A stretch of DNA of 64,000 nucleotides, taken from NCBI GenBank assembly GCA_965248055.1, contig CBDFIJ010000004.1, positions 1,792,001-1,856,000 of the forward strand, given 5' to 3'. Source of the stretch: Candidatus Multivoradales bacterium. Its GTDB lineage: Bacteria; Acidobacteriota; Thermoanaerobaculia; Multivoradales; JAHEKO01. Below the pieces are notes generated by a model that saw nothing but the letters and a program-made list of their open reading frames with translations, was not told where the DNA came from and made no database searches. A program made the translations under genes and the position numbers. Positions 40,676 through 50,964 of this stretch are shown here, in pieces (position 1 is the first letter of the stretch; each line of letters begins with the position of its first letter).

Positions 40676-41964
40676 AGACACTCCGAACCTGCCAGATCGG
40701 TTTGCTGGCCGTAGCTTTGGTCGCGTTTCTAGCGTGCGAGTCGCGGTTGCAAATTCCGGTAATGGAAGTGCGTAGCGCGTCTTTTCAGCTCAGCGTCGAT
40801 GCCGAAGGCATATTGGAAGCCAAAGAGGTCACCAAGATCTCCGTTCCTCTTTCCCTTCGGCGACCGGTACGTGTGGCGTGGCTGGCACCCGATGGAGCCC
40901 TTCTCGGTGAAGGCGACCTGATCGCTCAGCTCGATGGTAGCGATCTGGGGCTCGATCTCGCCAATGCTCTTGCTGAGCTACATTCCTCCAATCAAGATGC
41001 CGACGGGAAACAAGCCGAGAGCGACATCCAGATCAGTGAGCAAGAACGTGTCTACAGAACAGCCGAGCTTGAGCTCGATTTCGCACAACGTTTCCGGATT
41101 ACCGATGGGTTTGTCTTCTCGCGCCACGAAATCTTGGAAGACCTAATCGATGAAGAGCTCGCCATCGTTAGACGAGATAACGCCGAGACGATGACCGAGA
41201 TCTATCAAGGGCTGAGCAAGACCGAGATGGAGATCATCGCGCTCAACCAGGGCATCTGGACAACACGCGCCGAGGAGGCGCAAACCGGACTCGAAAGCCT
41301 TGAAGTTAAGTCGCCCGGAACTGGGGTTCTAAGAATCGCAAAAAACTGGCGCGGTGAACTTGTCTCGGTTGGAGATCAATTGTGGGCGGGGCGACCGATC
41401 GCAGAGCTTCCGAACCTTGATTCATTGCAAGCTGAGGTCTTCGTACTGGAGTCGGATGCTGGGAGCATTAAGGAGGGGCAATTGGCGACTGTCTCCGTCG
41501 ACTCTGCTCCAGGCACCGTCTACACAGCTCAAGTGATTCGCCTCGACGCAGCTGCAAAGCCACGCATCCCAGGCTCTCCAGTCCAGTACTTTGGTGTAAC
41601 CCTGGAGTTCGATGGGGCAGTGGAAGGAAACTTGAAACCGGGACAGCGGGTCGCTTCTACGATCATCATCGAACAGTTTGACAAAACTATCGTTATTCCT
41701 CGCCAAGCTGTGTTTCGCAAGGGTCAATACTCGTGGGTTTACCGAAAGAGCGGAAACACATTTGAAGCCTTACCGGTTTCACTCGGACTGGGTTCGGCAG
41801 CCTTGTCGACTATTCAGTCCGGCCTCGAAGACGGCGACATAATCGCCTTGAGGGAACCACCTGGCATGCCGGTGCTAGAGGATCTACCCAGTACTGAGCA
41901 GCACAAACCCGAGGCGGCGAAGGACAGCCCCGAGCAGGACTCCGAACAAACTCCCAGTCAATGA
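40672..41964 (+). CDS. Efflux periplasmic adaptor (MFP) 3, possible lipoprotein
   Basis: FLA-C lipobox, VKSPGTG, KPGQ, SGLEDGD. Confidence 0.88.
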   Translation: MKTLRTCQIGLLAVALVAFLACESRLQIPVMEVRSASFQLSVDAEGILEAKEVTKISVPLSLRRPVRVAWLAPDGALLGEGDLIAQLDGSDLGLDLANALAELHSSNQDADGKQAESDIQISEQERVYRTAELELDFAQRFRITDGFVFSRHEILEDLIDEELAIVRRDNAETMTEIYQGLSKTEMEIIALNQGIWTTRAEEAQTGLESLEVKSPGTGVLRIAKNWRGELVSVGDQLWAGRPIAELPNLDSLQAEVFVLESDAGSIKEGQLATVSVDSAPGTVYTAQVIRLDAAAKPRIPGSPVQYFGVTLEFDGAVEGNLKPGQRVASTIIIEQFDKTIVIPRQAVFRKGQYSWVYRKSGNTFEALPVSLGLGSAALSTIQSGLEDGDIIALREPPGMPVLEDLPSTEQHKPEAAKDSPEQDSEQTPSQ

Positions 41965-43199
41965 ACCTAGAAGACTCCCTTTACGCAGCACTCGCCAGCC
42001 TGTCCCGGCACAAGCTCCGCGCAGCACTAACCATGCTCGGCATCGTCTTTGGCGTGGGGGCAGTGATCGCAATGCTTTCCATTGGCGCTGGAGCTGAGAA
42101 ACAAGCATTGGAGTCGATCGCCCGGCTCGGCCTCAACAACATCTTGGTGCGCTCCGAGGAACCTAGCGAGGAGGAGGTCAGTGAGGTGCGGGCGAAATCT
42201 TCGGGCGTGTCGTTTCGCGACGCAAAATCGATTGGTGATGCGGTTCCCGGAGTCGCTGGGACCTCGCCCAAGGTCCAGGTCACAACCCACACCATCTTGA
42301 GCGGAACAAATCGCGTTGAAGCGAATGTATTTGGTGTTCTTGACTCCCATGCTCGACTGGTCAACCTTGCTTTGGCATCCGGAAGATTTCTAGACCCCTT
42401 AGACGTGCGTCGTCACGAGCAGGTTGCTGTGATCGGCGATCAAGTACGCACTGAGTTGTTTGGCTTTAAACCAGCGGTGGGCCATCATCTCAAAATCAAC
42501 GAAATATGGTTCGAGGTGATCGGCATCTTGGCCACCGGAAACAGCACCGGAGGCGAGACCTTTCAAGGAGTACAGGTCGGCTCCTCGGATAGCGCCATTT
42601 ATATTCCTGCCACGACCGCATTGCGGAAGTTTGATCGGCGACCGACAGACTCGCAGTTGACCGAAATTATCGTCGAGTTGGAGTCGTCCGAAACCGCGAC
42701 CACAACGGCCAACCTGATCGAAGGTCTACTCAATCAACTGCACGCCGGGCAGAGCGACTACCAGCTGGTAGTGCCGGAAGCCCTGCTCGAGGAGAGCCGT
42801 CGTACCCAACGTATCTTCAATATCGTCATGGGCTGTATCGCTGGCATCTCTCTCTTAGTAGGCGGCATCGGCATCATGAATATCATGCTCGCTAGCGTTC
42901 TCGAAAGGACCAAAGAAATTGGCATTCGACGGGCGGTCGGCGCTAAGAAACACGACATCATGGTTCAGTTTCTGGTTGAGTCGTTCGCGCTCGCGGCGCT
43001 TGGTGGTATCGCTGGAGTGTTGATGGGGATTTCCATCGCCAAAATAGTGGCAATTTCTGCGGGGTGGCCGACGATCGTGCAAGTCTGGGCCGTTGTACTG
43101 GCCACCGGGGTAGCTTTGACCGTCGGTTTGGCATCAGGCGTCTACCCTGCCGTGCGCGCGGCGAACCTTGACCCGATTGATGCCTTGCGTTGGGACTGA
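41961..43199 (+). CDS. MacB/FtsX-type ABC transporter permease
   Basis: LTMLGIVFGV, GGIGIMNIML, ERTKEIGIRRAVGA, LDPIDALR. Confidence 0.93.
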   Translation: MNLEDSLYAALASLSRHKLRAALTMLGIVFGVGAVIAMLSIGAGAEKQALESIARLGLNNILVRSEEPSEEEVSEVRAKSSGVSFRDAKSIGDAVPGVAGTSPKVQVTTHTILSGTNRVEANVFGVLDSHARLVNLALASGRFLDPLDVRRHEQVAVIGDQVRTELFGFKPAVGHHLKINEIWFEVIGILATGNSTGGETFQGVQVGSSDSAIYIPATTALRKFDRRPTDSQLTEIIVELESSETATTTANLIEGLLNQLHAGQSDYQLVVPEALLEESRRTQRIFNIVMGCIAGISLLVGGIGIMNIMLASVLERTKEIGIRRAVGAKKHDIMVQFLVESFALAALGGIAGVLMGISIAKIVAISAGWPTIVQVWAVVLATGVALTVGLASGVYPAVRAANLDPIDALRWD

Positions 43200-43446
43200 C
43201 TCCATCTCCCTTTTCTGACCATTTGATCGTCAAGTAAAGCGTCCTCTTGTCTGGTAGCTACCGCATCCTCGACTTCGAAGACGGCGCCCCCTACCTCGGG
43301 GATGCGCAGGAAGCGTTAACTGCACATCACTGGAGATTGGCTGGACGTTCTAGACCTCCCGAGAAGTCAACACCTAGACGGGCCTGCCAGGGTGGCAGGA
43401 CCGTTCTGCTACTCAGGGATTATTCTCATCGCGAACCCTTGTAAAG

Positions 43447-43465
43447 ATGTCAAAATGCTTGACAT
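43447..43465. promoter_or_regulatory. Palindrome ATGTCAA-N5-TTGACAT, candidate operator overlapping a -35 element
   Basis: Perfect 7-bp inverted repeat containing TTGACA in an intergenic region. Confidence 0.4.
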
Positions 43466-43643
43466 TCTTTGGGGGAAGGGGAACCCACCAGCTTAGGAAT
43501 CAGCCGAGGCGTTTTCTGGCTCAATAGTGACTACTCAATTTTCATAATTACTCAACTGATGTGCGGATAAGCACAAAAGGGCAGGCACCTTTTCGGGTTC
43601 TGTACGGCTGCCGTATGATTCAGGTGCTTCCTGAGGATTTGGG

Positions 43644-44438
43644 ATGAACGTCGTACATTGCACCCGACTAGGCATCATGGGGCTGCTCGTTGTGGCTGAA
43701 CTAGCAGATTCAGGTGGAAGTTCGCGAGCATCGGATCTGGCCCGGCAGCTCGAATCTGCTTACCAATCGCAGTCGAAAGAAGCACTGCGGGCATTCTTCG
43801 AGCAATGGCGCCAAGATGTACCCATTGACGAAGCAGGTGATGGCAGCCGAGCTTTCCAGCATGCTCTCGATATAGTCAAAGATCTCTACCAGCCTCTGAA
43901 TCTCAAGCGCATAGGCGACCCTGAATGGGGCTACGACCAGTACGCCAATGCGGAATACGCCCTCGTGCCAGCCGAAATTCGCTATGAAGTTGTCCGCAAC
44001 AAGTCTTTCCCAGCTCCCGAGATCGACACAATGAAGCAACTCCGTAGACGAACCAAACTGGTCCGTTTTTGTCCATCTCTAGCAAATGTGGTAATCCGCC
44101 CGGTCTGCTTGACGGATAGGTACAAGAAGGCCCTCTACTCGTTCCTAGGGGATGAGCACTACAAAACCGGGGAACTCTCGATCATGACTCCCGCCACCGC
44201 CAAAGGGGAGTCAACCAAGAAACTGGACTTTCTCAACTCTGTGGTTCAGATCTACCACGGGCATTGGGGAAGTTGGCGCCTGGCGACGGATCCGACGATT
44301 GACAGAATTCAGTTCAACAGCGACTTCACCAAAGCCGTCGCCTACTTCACATTGATCTATGAAGGAGGAGAGGCGCACTACAAACGAACTCAGGATGGCT
44401 GGGTGCTGGAGTCCTCGGCTCTCACTTGGATTACGTAA
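43644..44438 (+). CDS. Hypothetical protein, probably secreted
   Basis: 264-aa ORF with GAGG RBS and a hydrophobic N-terminus; no family recognised. Confidence 0.7.
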   Translation: MNVVHCTRLGIMGLLVVAELADSGGSSRASDLARQLESAYQSQSKEALRAFFEQWRQDVPIDEAGDGSRAFQHALDIVKDLYQPLNLKRIGDPEWGYDQYANAEYALVPAEIRYEVVRNKSFPAPEIDTMKQLRRRTKLVRFCPSLANVVIRPVCLTDRYKKALYSFLGDEHYKTGELSIMTPATAKGESTKKLDFLNSVVQIYHGHWGSWRLATDPTIDRIQFNSDFTKAVAYFTLIYEGGEAHYKRTQDGWVLESSALTWIT

Positions 44439-44836
44439 TGAGTGTTGGTATCTAAACCGTCGCCACTGCAGGGTTTGCGTTTCTGGCCTTGTCGTGCGCG
44501 ACCTCTGGGTCGGGGGCAGCAAGTGACCTTCCGCACGCATTCGACGTAGGCTGGAAAGGAGAGACAACCTGCGAAGCCCTCCATGAGGACGACAACGTTC
44601 GCGTGGGAGTCTGCGAGTTCCCACCTGGAATCGGGCACGAACGTCACTTCCACAACCCCCACTTCGGCTACACGCTAGTTGGGGGAACCATGCAGATTGA
44701 AGATGAGGAAGGAGTTGAAGTCCTTGAGATTCCGACTGGGGTGACCTCGTCGAGTGAGGCGGTCACGGTACATGAAGCGTTGAATGTCGGTGAGACGACG
44801 ACCAAGTTTCTAGTTGTTGAGCCTCTCGGAAACTAG
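44438..44836 (+). pseudogene. Cupin-domain lipoprotein with a nonsense codon in its signal peptide
   Basis: ATG 44438 reads MSVGI*TVATAGFAFLALSC, in frame with the cupin domain (HFH...GG...HEALNVG); TAA at 44453..44455. Confidence 0.7.
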
Positions 44837-44896
44837 CGTAAGCTCGGTTGATTAATTGCATAGATACCGGGTATTCATGTATCCTCGATCCAGCCG

Positions 44897-45187
44897 ATGA
44901 TTGTTTCTTTCGGGGATTCTGCAACCGAGGCTTTGTTTCATGGTGGTCCTCATCGAGCGACGCGGAGATTGCCTACCAGTATTCAACGTGCAGCATTTCG
45001 CAAACTGGATATGTTGAATGTAGCTGTGAATTTGAACGATCTTCGCGTTCTTCCAGGAAACCGACTGGAAGCTCTGAAAGGTGACCTAAAAGGGCTTCAC
45101 AGTGTCCGCATTAATAATCAGTGGCGCCTCACTTTCCGCTGGGAAGCAGGAGAAGCGCACGAAGTAATGATCATCGACTACCACTGA
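44897..45187 (+). CDS. higB: HigB toxin (RelE/ParE family)
   Basis: MIVSF, RKLDML, PGNRLEALKG, SVRINNQWR, DYH. Confidence 0.95.
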   Translation: MIVSFGDSATEALFHGGPHRATRRLPTSIQRAAFRKLDMLNVAVNLNDLRVLPGNRLEALKGDLKGLHSVRINNQWRLTFRWEAGEAHEVMIIDYH

Positions 45188-45201
45188 GGAGAGCTAGCTC
45201 A

Positions 45202-45489
45202 ATGTTGCCCAAGAATCGAGTTCCTATCCACCCAGGGGAAATTTTGGAGGAAGAGTTCCTCAGGCCCATGGGACTGACTCAGGTGGCGCTAGCGCGCCAT
45301 CTCGATATTTCCACGCAGCGAGTCAACGAGTTGGTGCGCGGAAAAAGAGGCATATCCCCGGAAACCGCCTGGCTTCTGTCTGGGGCCCTCGGAACAACGC
45401 CAGAGTTCTGGATCAACCTACAGGCGAATCACGACCTTGCTAGCGCTAAACCAGATCGGCAGGTACCAAGACTTGCTACTGCCTCTTGA
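45202..45489 (+). CDS. higA: HigA antitoxin
   Basis: IHPGEILEEEFL, HTH, GKRGIS, FWINLQ. Confidence 0.95.
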   Translation: MLPKNRVPIHPGEILEEEFLRPMGLTQVALARHLDISTQRVNELVRGKRGISPETAWLLSGALGTTPEFWINLQANHDLASAKPDRQVPRLATAS

Positions 45490-45583
45490 TTCTGCATGTG
45501 GCGACATCGCTTACCTGTCGTTGGGGGCTGCTGACCGGCTTTTCCACCGTGGCAACCACCAGCCCCCTCGAGAGCATCCGCAC

Positions 45584-45831
45584 CCCCACGCCTTCGACGC
45601 CGGTTGGAAAGGAGACGCAACCTGCGAAGTCCTCCATGAGGACGATACAGTTCTCGTCGGTGTCTGCGAGTGCCCACCCGGGATAGTTGGGGGAACCATG
45701 CAGATTGAGGATGAGGACGGAGTTGAAGTCCGCGAGATTCCGACTGGGGCAACCTGGTCGAGTGATGCGGTCACCGTGCATGAGGCGTTGAACGTTGGTG
45801 AGACGACGACTAGGTTCTAATTGTGGAACCA
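45584..45831 (+). pseudogene. Second, degenerate cupin copy
   Basis: Homologous to 44531..44824; 45-bp deletion removing GHERHFHNPHFGYTL and a 1-nt frameshift before LIVEP. Confidence 0.85.
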
Positions 45832-45860
45832 AGTGGAAAACACAGCGGTAGTATCCATCC

Positions 45861-46658
45861 ATGACCGGTTTTCTTGATCTTCTTGCTACGTACCCCGCCT
45901 GGGCACGAATTGCGTTTGTGGTTCTTGTGTTCGCGATAGTGCTGGTCCTTGTTTTCGCAAGAAGGGACCCACCATCGACGCTTCCAGGCCCTGTAGATCC
46001 CAAGGTGGGTAAGAGCGCAAGAGACGGGAAGGAAATCGAGAATCCACCTGGAGCTAAGGATAGTGATGCTGCTCAAGAAGCGTCCAAGAATCTACAAACG
46101 ATACCCGGTACGGCAGCAGAAGTAGTCGACTCCCCTGGCACAACAGTCTTCCAAGCTGGCGGAGACATTACTGTTTCAAAGGAGCCAACAAAGGAAATCG
46201 ATCGAATCAAGACGATACTCGTTGAGGCCCGGCTCACATGTACCCTAGAAGAGGGGGCTGAGCTACCACCAAGTGAAGTGCCATTTTTGCCTGTAGGTGA
46301 CGCTCATTCGTATCTCGAAGGTGCTGCGGGGAAAGCTAAATTGAGCTTTGTATCCCCAGTTCGTTTCAGGATGATTGATGGTGGCAAGGTGGTCGTGATT
46401 AATCGTTTCTCTCTTGACCCAGGTTCGATTGATGGCAGACCCGTTGAAGCAATATTTAACTACGAGTCTCTTTTAGTTCCTATCGTGACTGTTGTCTACG
46501 GGAAGTCTCTTTCGAGGATCACCTTGCTCGAAGTAACAGTTGAAATGAATGGTGAGTCGATTGGCTACGGGAGTTGGAAATACGATGTTCCATTCCAAAA
46601 AAGTCCGAGTTTCTCAGTACCAATTGACAGTCTGTCCCTTCGGCTGGACGGCCTTTAA
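45861..46658 (+). CDS. Hypothetical membrane-anchored protein
   Basis: N-terminal TM helix, low-complexity linker, beta-rich C-terminal domain. Confidence 0.7.
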   Translation: MTGFLDLLATYPAWARIAFVVLVFAIVLVLVFARRDPPSTLPGPVDPKVGKSARDGKEIENPPGAKDSDAAQEASKNLQTIPGTAAEVVDSPGTTVFQAGGDITVSKEPTKEIDRIKTILVEARLTCTLEEGAELPPSEVPFLPVGDAHSYLEGAAGKAKLSFVSPVRFRMIDGGKVVVINRFSLDPGSIDGRPVEAIFNYESLLVPIVTVVYGKSLSRITLLEVTVEMNGESIGYGSWKYDVPFQKSPSFSVPIDSLSLRLDGL

Positions 46659-46705
46659 CCTAGTTCTCGCGCCTGCGGAATGAACCGTGACAGCTAAAAC
46701 CGAGA

Positions 46706-46733
46706 GGGGACACAATCAAACCATTGTGTCCCC
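46706..46733. terminator. Hairpin between convergent genes
   Basis: GGGGACACAAT-caaacc-ATTGTGTCCCC, perfect 11-bp stem. Confidence 0.6.
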
Positions 46734-46760
46734 GGCTAAGCTGACTGTCGCGGCAGCCAG

Positions 46761-47032
46761 CTAGATCTTATTGCCGAACCAGATATCCGGCATCCCCACC
46801 ACGCCCGCCGCACCCATCGCTTCGCGCAGGCTGTCGCTGGAGGCAAAGGCCTTGGCGGCGTCCATGCTGTCGAAGTGGTGATAGGCGGTGACGTTGTTGG
46901 AGTTGTCGTCCGCTTGGTAGGCCCCGTGTCCGGTGACGCCCATCGCGGTGCGTTCGCCGTCAAAAGCATCGTAAGCCGTTTTCCAAGTGTCGAAATCAGC
47001 GACCTGATGCCGAACAAATAATGTTCGGCCAT
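46761..47032 (-). pseudogene. Frameshifted small dimeric alpha+beta barrel (ABM/cyclase-like) protein
   Basis: AGGAGA + ATG 47032 gives MA, then a frameshift into TLFVRHQVADFDTWK...REAMGAAGVVGMP; the downstream frame has no start codon upstream of the conserved N-terminal segment. Confidence 0.8.
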
Positions 47033-47142
47033 GCTGTTTCTCCTATAACGCTGCTGGCATTAGGGTAACGCATCGGCGAGCGGGTAGGCCAAACCGTATG
47101 GATCGATCGCAGCTAGCCGCCGGAACCAATGGAGAGATCACA

Positions 47143-47496
47143 ATGAGCCAAGCAGAGCACGATCGCAGGGTTGATTACGTCGAGTTTCCCAGCACCGATC
47201 TGGAACAGACCAAGAGGTTCTACTCCGAAGTCTTCGGTTGGCAGTTCACCGATTGGGGCCCAGAATACGTCAGCTTCAACGACGGGCGGTCCAACGGTGG
47301 ATTCACCACTCTTTCGGAAATGAAGCCCGGTGGGGCTTTGGTGGTCCTCTACGCCCTCGACCTGGTCGAGATCCAGGAAGCGATCAAGAAGGCTGGGGGC
47401 AAAATCGTGAAGGAACTATTCCCCTTCCCTGGCGGGAGGCGATTCCATTTCTCTGACCCTAGCGGCAACGAGTTGGCGGTCTGGTCGGATCAGTGA
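47143..47496 (+). CDS. VOC/glyoxalase family protein
   Basis: DYVEF, FYSEVFGW, FPGGRRFHFSDPSGNEL. Confidence 0.92.
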   Translation: MSQAEHDRRVDYVEFPSTDLEQTKRFYSEVFGWQFTDWGPEYVSFNDGRSNGGFTTLSEMKPGGALVVLYALDLVEIQEAIKKAGGKIVKELFPFPGGRRFHFSDPSGNELAVWSDQ

Positions 47497-47954
47497 ATAC
47501 CGTTCGGCGGCTGCACCTGATTGTCGGAGCGCTGGCACTACTGACCTTTCTGGCCACCGGCCAGGTGATGGACAAGCAATACAATCATTTGGAAGGCATG
47601 GCAGATGCTCCACGCATGCTGCACCGCTCAGCACACATCTACATTCTGTTGTCCGGTGGAACCAGTTTGATGCTCGGCCTCTATCTGAAGCCAAGAGCAA
47701 AGTCAGTAGGGCGTGTGCTGCAAACAATCGGATCAATGCTTCTACTGACAACACCGGTTCTGTTTACCCTGGCTTTCTTCTACGAACCCTGGTTGAGTGA
47801 CCTAGTACGACCCTACGCTCGTCCAGCTATGTACTCGTTTCTGGCTGGTGTTCTAATGCATGCGGTTGCCCATTTGGCCCCATCGGAGCAATTGGCCGCG
47901 AAGCTCAGCAACTCGTCCAGATCGAATCTCTCTGCTCCAACCTTGAAGGACTGA
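47493..47954 (+). CDS. Four-TM membrane protein
   Basis: Hydrophobic helices with His residues; GTGA overlap with the VOC gene. Confidence 0.75.
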   Translation: MNTVRRLHLIVGALALLTFLATGQVMDKQYNHLEGMADAPRMLHRSAHIYILLSGGTSLMLGLYLKPRAKSVGRVLQTIGSMLLLTTPVLFTLAFFYEPWLSDLVRPYARPAMYSFLAGVLMHAVAHLAPSEQLAAKLSNSSRSNLSAPTLKD

Positions 47955-47958
47955 GGTT

Positions 47959-49299
47959 ATGACTGGAAAGTGCCATATATTGATTGTTTCTCTCGCCCTG
48001 TTCGCTTGGTCGCTGCCAGGTACCTGTCAAGAGATGGACCTCTCGCAAGGCCATTGGGTAGACCTGACCCATTCGTTCAACGCACAATCGGTCTATTGGC
48101 CAACTGCCAGTGAGTTTGAAAAGACCACGGTCTATGAAGGGCACACCGAGGGAGGCTGGTATTACACCGCCTACGACTTCTCTGCTGCCGAACACGGTGG
48201 CACCCACATCGATTCGCCGATTCACTTTGCCGAGGGCAAGCACACCACTGACCAGATTCCTCTCGAGCAACTTATCGGCCGAGCGGTGGTTATCGATGTC
48301 AGCGCCCAGGTTGCAGAGAACCGCGACTATCAGATCAGTCCAAAGGACATCGTGAACTGGGAAGAACAGCACGGCTTCATTCCCAGTAAATCGATTGTGT
48401 TGTTCAATACTGGCTCCGCGCAGTTTTACTCCGATCGTGTCGCCTACATGGGCACCGATGGAAGAGGCGCCGAGGCAGTGGCCAAGCTGCACTTTTCCGG
48501 TATTCACCCCGACACAGCGATTTTCTTGACCAGCAAGCGCTCGATCAAGGCGGTCGGCCTGGATACCCCGAGTATCGACTTTGGTCAGTCGAAAGACTTT
48601 GGCAGTCACGTCATCCTCTATCGACAGAACATCCCCGGCTTTGAGAACATTGCCAACTTGGACCAATTACCACCCACCGGTGCGACCGTCTTTGCTCTGC
48701 CAATGAAAATCGAAGGCGGCAGCGGCGGACCGCTGCGCATCGTGGCGTGGGTGCCACAATCGGAGCCGGATTTCGCCTATCTGCAGTTTGACGACGCTGG
48801 CCTGACCTCCGTTCACGGGCTACCTGTCATCGTGAAGTCGCCGGATGGCTTTCGCGCGGTCGGCCCGGTTAACCGAGTCGCAGAGTTCAACGATCGGCCT
48901 TTCAACATTTCGCTCGCCGCGTACCTTGGGGATGAAAGCTTTGTGATGGTGCATGCGGAGCGGCTGGCCGACGAGTCGGGGGTATTGGACTACAGTGATC
49001 TGGAGCCTGCGGAACTCTCGGGGCGCGCCTTCACCAGCCGTGAGATGTGCGCAGAGTTAAGCACCGAGGAGGTCGCCGAAGAACACGACATCGCCTTTCT
49101 GAACAGCAACGGATTCGACCCCACGCCAGCGGTCTACCTGCGCCAGTTCTTTACCACCTCTGAGGACGGCAACGCCGAAGTGGTTGTCAGCTTCGGGCTG
49201 CGTCTATATAACTGTAACGCCGACAGCCTGACCCCTGCCTTTATGGAAACCTTTGGTAGCAAGTTGCAAAGCGCAACCCAACTGGTCGGCAGCGAATAG
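47959..49299 (+). CDS. Secreted cyclase/kynurenine-formamidase-family protein with an extra C-terminal domain
   Basis: VDLTH, EHGGTHIDSPIH, GLDTPSID, FEN, GSGGPLR, followed by about 180 additional aa. Confidence 0.88.
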   Translation: MTGKCHILIVSLALFAWSLPGTCQEMDLSQGHWVDLTHSFNAQSVYWPTASEFEKTTVYEGHTEGGWYYTAYDFSAAEHGGTHIDSPIHFAEGKHTTDQIPLEQLIGRAVVIDVSAQVAENRDYQISPKDIVNWEEQHGFIPSKSIVLFNTGSAQFYSDRVAYMGTDGRGAEAVAKLHFSGIHPDTAIFLTSKRSIKAVGLDTPSIDFGQSKDFGSHVILYRQNIPGFENIANLDQLPPTGATVFALPMKIEGGSGGPLRIVAWVPQSEPDFAYLQFDDAGLTSVHGLPVIVKSPDGFRAVGPVNRVAEFNDRPFNISLAAYLGDESFVMVHAERLADESGVLDYSDLEPAELSGRAFTSREMCAELSTEEVAEEHDIAFLNSNGFDPTPAVYLRQFFTTSEDGNAEVVVSFGLRLYNCNADSLTPAFMETFGSKLQSATQLVGSE

Positions 49300-49411
49300 G
49301 GATCGATCCAAGAATAGACTGCGAATTGTGAACTCTCTCGGACCAGCTGCTCGTATTGTCTGAGCAGTGGGCAGTCAAAGACCGCCACTGGAGCTACCTA
49401 AGGAGCCAACG

Positions 49412-50569
49412 ATGAAGATAATCACCAAGAGATCTCTGAGCATGGTGATGCTTGCAATCATGATCGCGTGCGGTTCGTCTACCGCAGAAGAAACCGAAGT
49501 CAGCATCCAGGAGGACGTCATGGAGTCAGAGTCTCAAAGCTACGCAATCTTTGCCGGTGGCTGCTTCTGGTGCATGGAAGGCCCGTTTGAGCAGCTCGAC
49601 GGGGTCTACCAGGCTGTTGCTGGTTACACCGCCGGGCGAGTCGACAACCCCACCTACCAACAAGTTTCGGCGGGTACCACCGGGCACACCGAAGCAGTCC
49701 GCATCGCCTACGACCCAGAGAAAGTCAGCTATGAAAACTTGTTGGAGACTTTCTGGCGCAACATCGACCCCACCGACGGTGGGGGTCAGTTTGCCGATCG
49801 TGGTTCGCAGTACCGCACTGGCATCTACTACCAGACCGAGGAAGAACGAGCCCTAGCTGAGGCCTCAAAGGCTGCGCTCGAGGCGAGAGGCAAGTTCTCG
49901 GATCCAATCGTCACCGAAATCGAACCGGCGAGCACGTTTTATGTTGCCGAGGAAGTCCACCAGGACTACTACAAGACCAACGCCGATCACTACAACCGCT
50001 ACAAGGTGGGGTCTGGGCGCGATGGCTACCTCAAAGAGACCTGGAAGGATGAACCCCAGCCCCAGCCAGAGCCAGAGCCAGAGCCAGAGCCAGAGAAGAT
50101 AGCGCCCAAACAATCTGCCTACAGCCGGCCCAACAACGAGGAAATTCGCGCCATGTTGACCCCGCTGCAATACCAGGTGACCCAGCAAGAGGGCACCGAG
50201 CGGGCCTTTGACAACGAATATTGGGACAACAAACGGGACGGAATCTACGTCGACGTGGTCAGCGGCGAGCCTCTGTTTAGCTCCCAGCACAAGTACAAGA
50301 GCGGGACTGGATGGCCGAGCTTTTGGCAGCCTCTGGTACCTGAGAACATCGCTCAACACCAAGACAACAAGTTCTTCATGAAGCGTACCGAAGTGCAGAG
50401 CAAACACGGCCAGAGCCACCTGGGGCACGTGTTTCCGGACGGTCCGAAACCCACCGGGATGCGCTATTGCCTAAATAGTGCCTCTCTTCGCTTCGTGCCC
50501 AAAGAAGAGTTGGACGCCGAGGGTTACGGCGAGTTTGCCAGCTTGTTTGAGTCCGCTTCCGCGGAATAG
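49412..50569 (+). CDS. msrAB: Lipoprotein MsrA-MsrB fusion
   Basis: MIA-C lipobox, GGCFWC, HQDYY; [20 protein letters not shown]. Confidence 0.95.
   Translation: MKIITKRSLSMVMLAIMIACGSSTAEETEVSIQEDVMESESQSYAIFAGGCFWCMEGPFEQLDGVYQAVAGYTAGRVDNPTYQQVSAGTTGHTEAVRIAYDPEKVSYENLLETFWRNIDPTDGGGQFADRGSQYRTGIYYQTEEERALAEASKAALEARGKFSDPIVTEIEPASTFYVAEEVHQDYYKTNADHYNRYKVGSGRDGYLKETWKDEPQPQPEPEPEPEPEKIAPKQSAYSRPNNEEIRAMLTPLQYQVTQQEGTERAFDNEYWDNKRDGIYVDVVSGEPLFSSQHKYKSGTGWPSFWQPLVPENIAQHQDNKFFMKRTEVQSKHGQSHLGHVFPDGPKPTGMRYCLNSASLRFVPKEELDAEGYGEFASLFESASAE
50054..50095 (+). repeat. Hexamer tandem repeat (CCCCAG)2(CCAGAG)5 encoding the PQ/PE linker
   Basis: Read directly; lies between the MsrA and MsrB domains. 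Confidence 0.9.
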
Positions 50570-50679
50570 GCGGACATCTCGCTCTTTGTTCGCCCTTTCA
50601 AATTGGCCGCCCGTTCGGCTATGTGGCATTGCCAGTTCATGGCGCTAATACTCGTGGTGACCGGTCTCAAATCCGGTGT

Positions 50680-50955
50680 GCCGGGAGTTCAACCGTAGCC
50701 ATCTACTCGAAGAGTGTCTCTGCAATTCGGGCCACTATGGCCGACACCATCGACCTAGGCAAACGAGGCCTAGCCATCGCTGAGTCAGGCTACGGCAACC
50801 AACCCCAGTTTCTATCCTCTGGACTCAACGAACTCAAGCCCGAGATGGTTGAAGAAGCGACCAAGAAGGCCCGGCTGATCGCGGAAAGAAATTCGCCCAA
50901 GACTCCGACAGCCGGCTAGGCAAAATCAAGTCTGCGCGCCAAGGATAGTTTGCGT
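50680..50955 (+). pseudogene. SIMPL (DUF541) domain remnant
   Basis: LNELKPEMVEEATKKAR, then after a frameshift FAQDSDSRLGKIKSARQG*F; 5' part missing, boundaries approximate. Confidence 0.75.
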
Positions 50956-50964
50956 AAGTAGGGT

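Noticed and set aside
43247-43444. 65-aa ORF downstream of the permease as the missing ATPase
   Set aside because: No Walker A/B or ABC signature motifs
46736-47032. 98-aa ORF as given in the track, or a programmed frameshift
   Set aside because: The recognisable protein is in another frame after codon 2 and no slippery sequence is present; best read as a frameshift mutation or a sequencing error
47905-48666. 253-aa minus-strand ORF
   Set aside because: Antisense shadow of the cyclase-family gene
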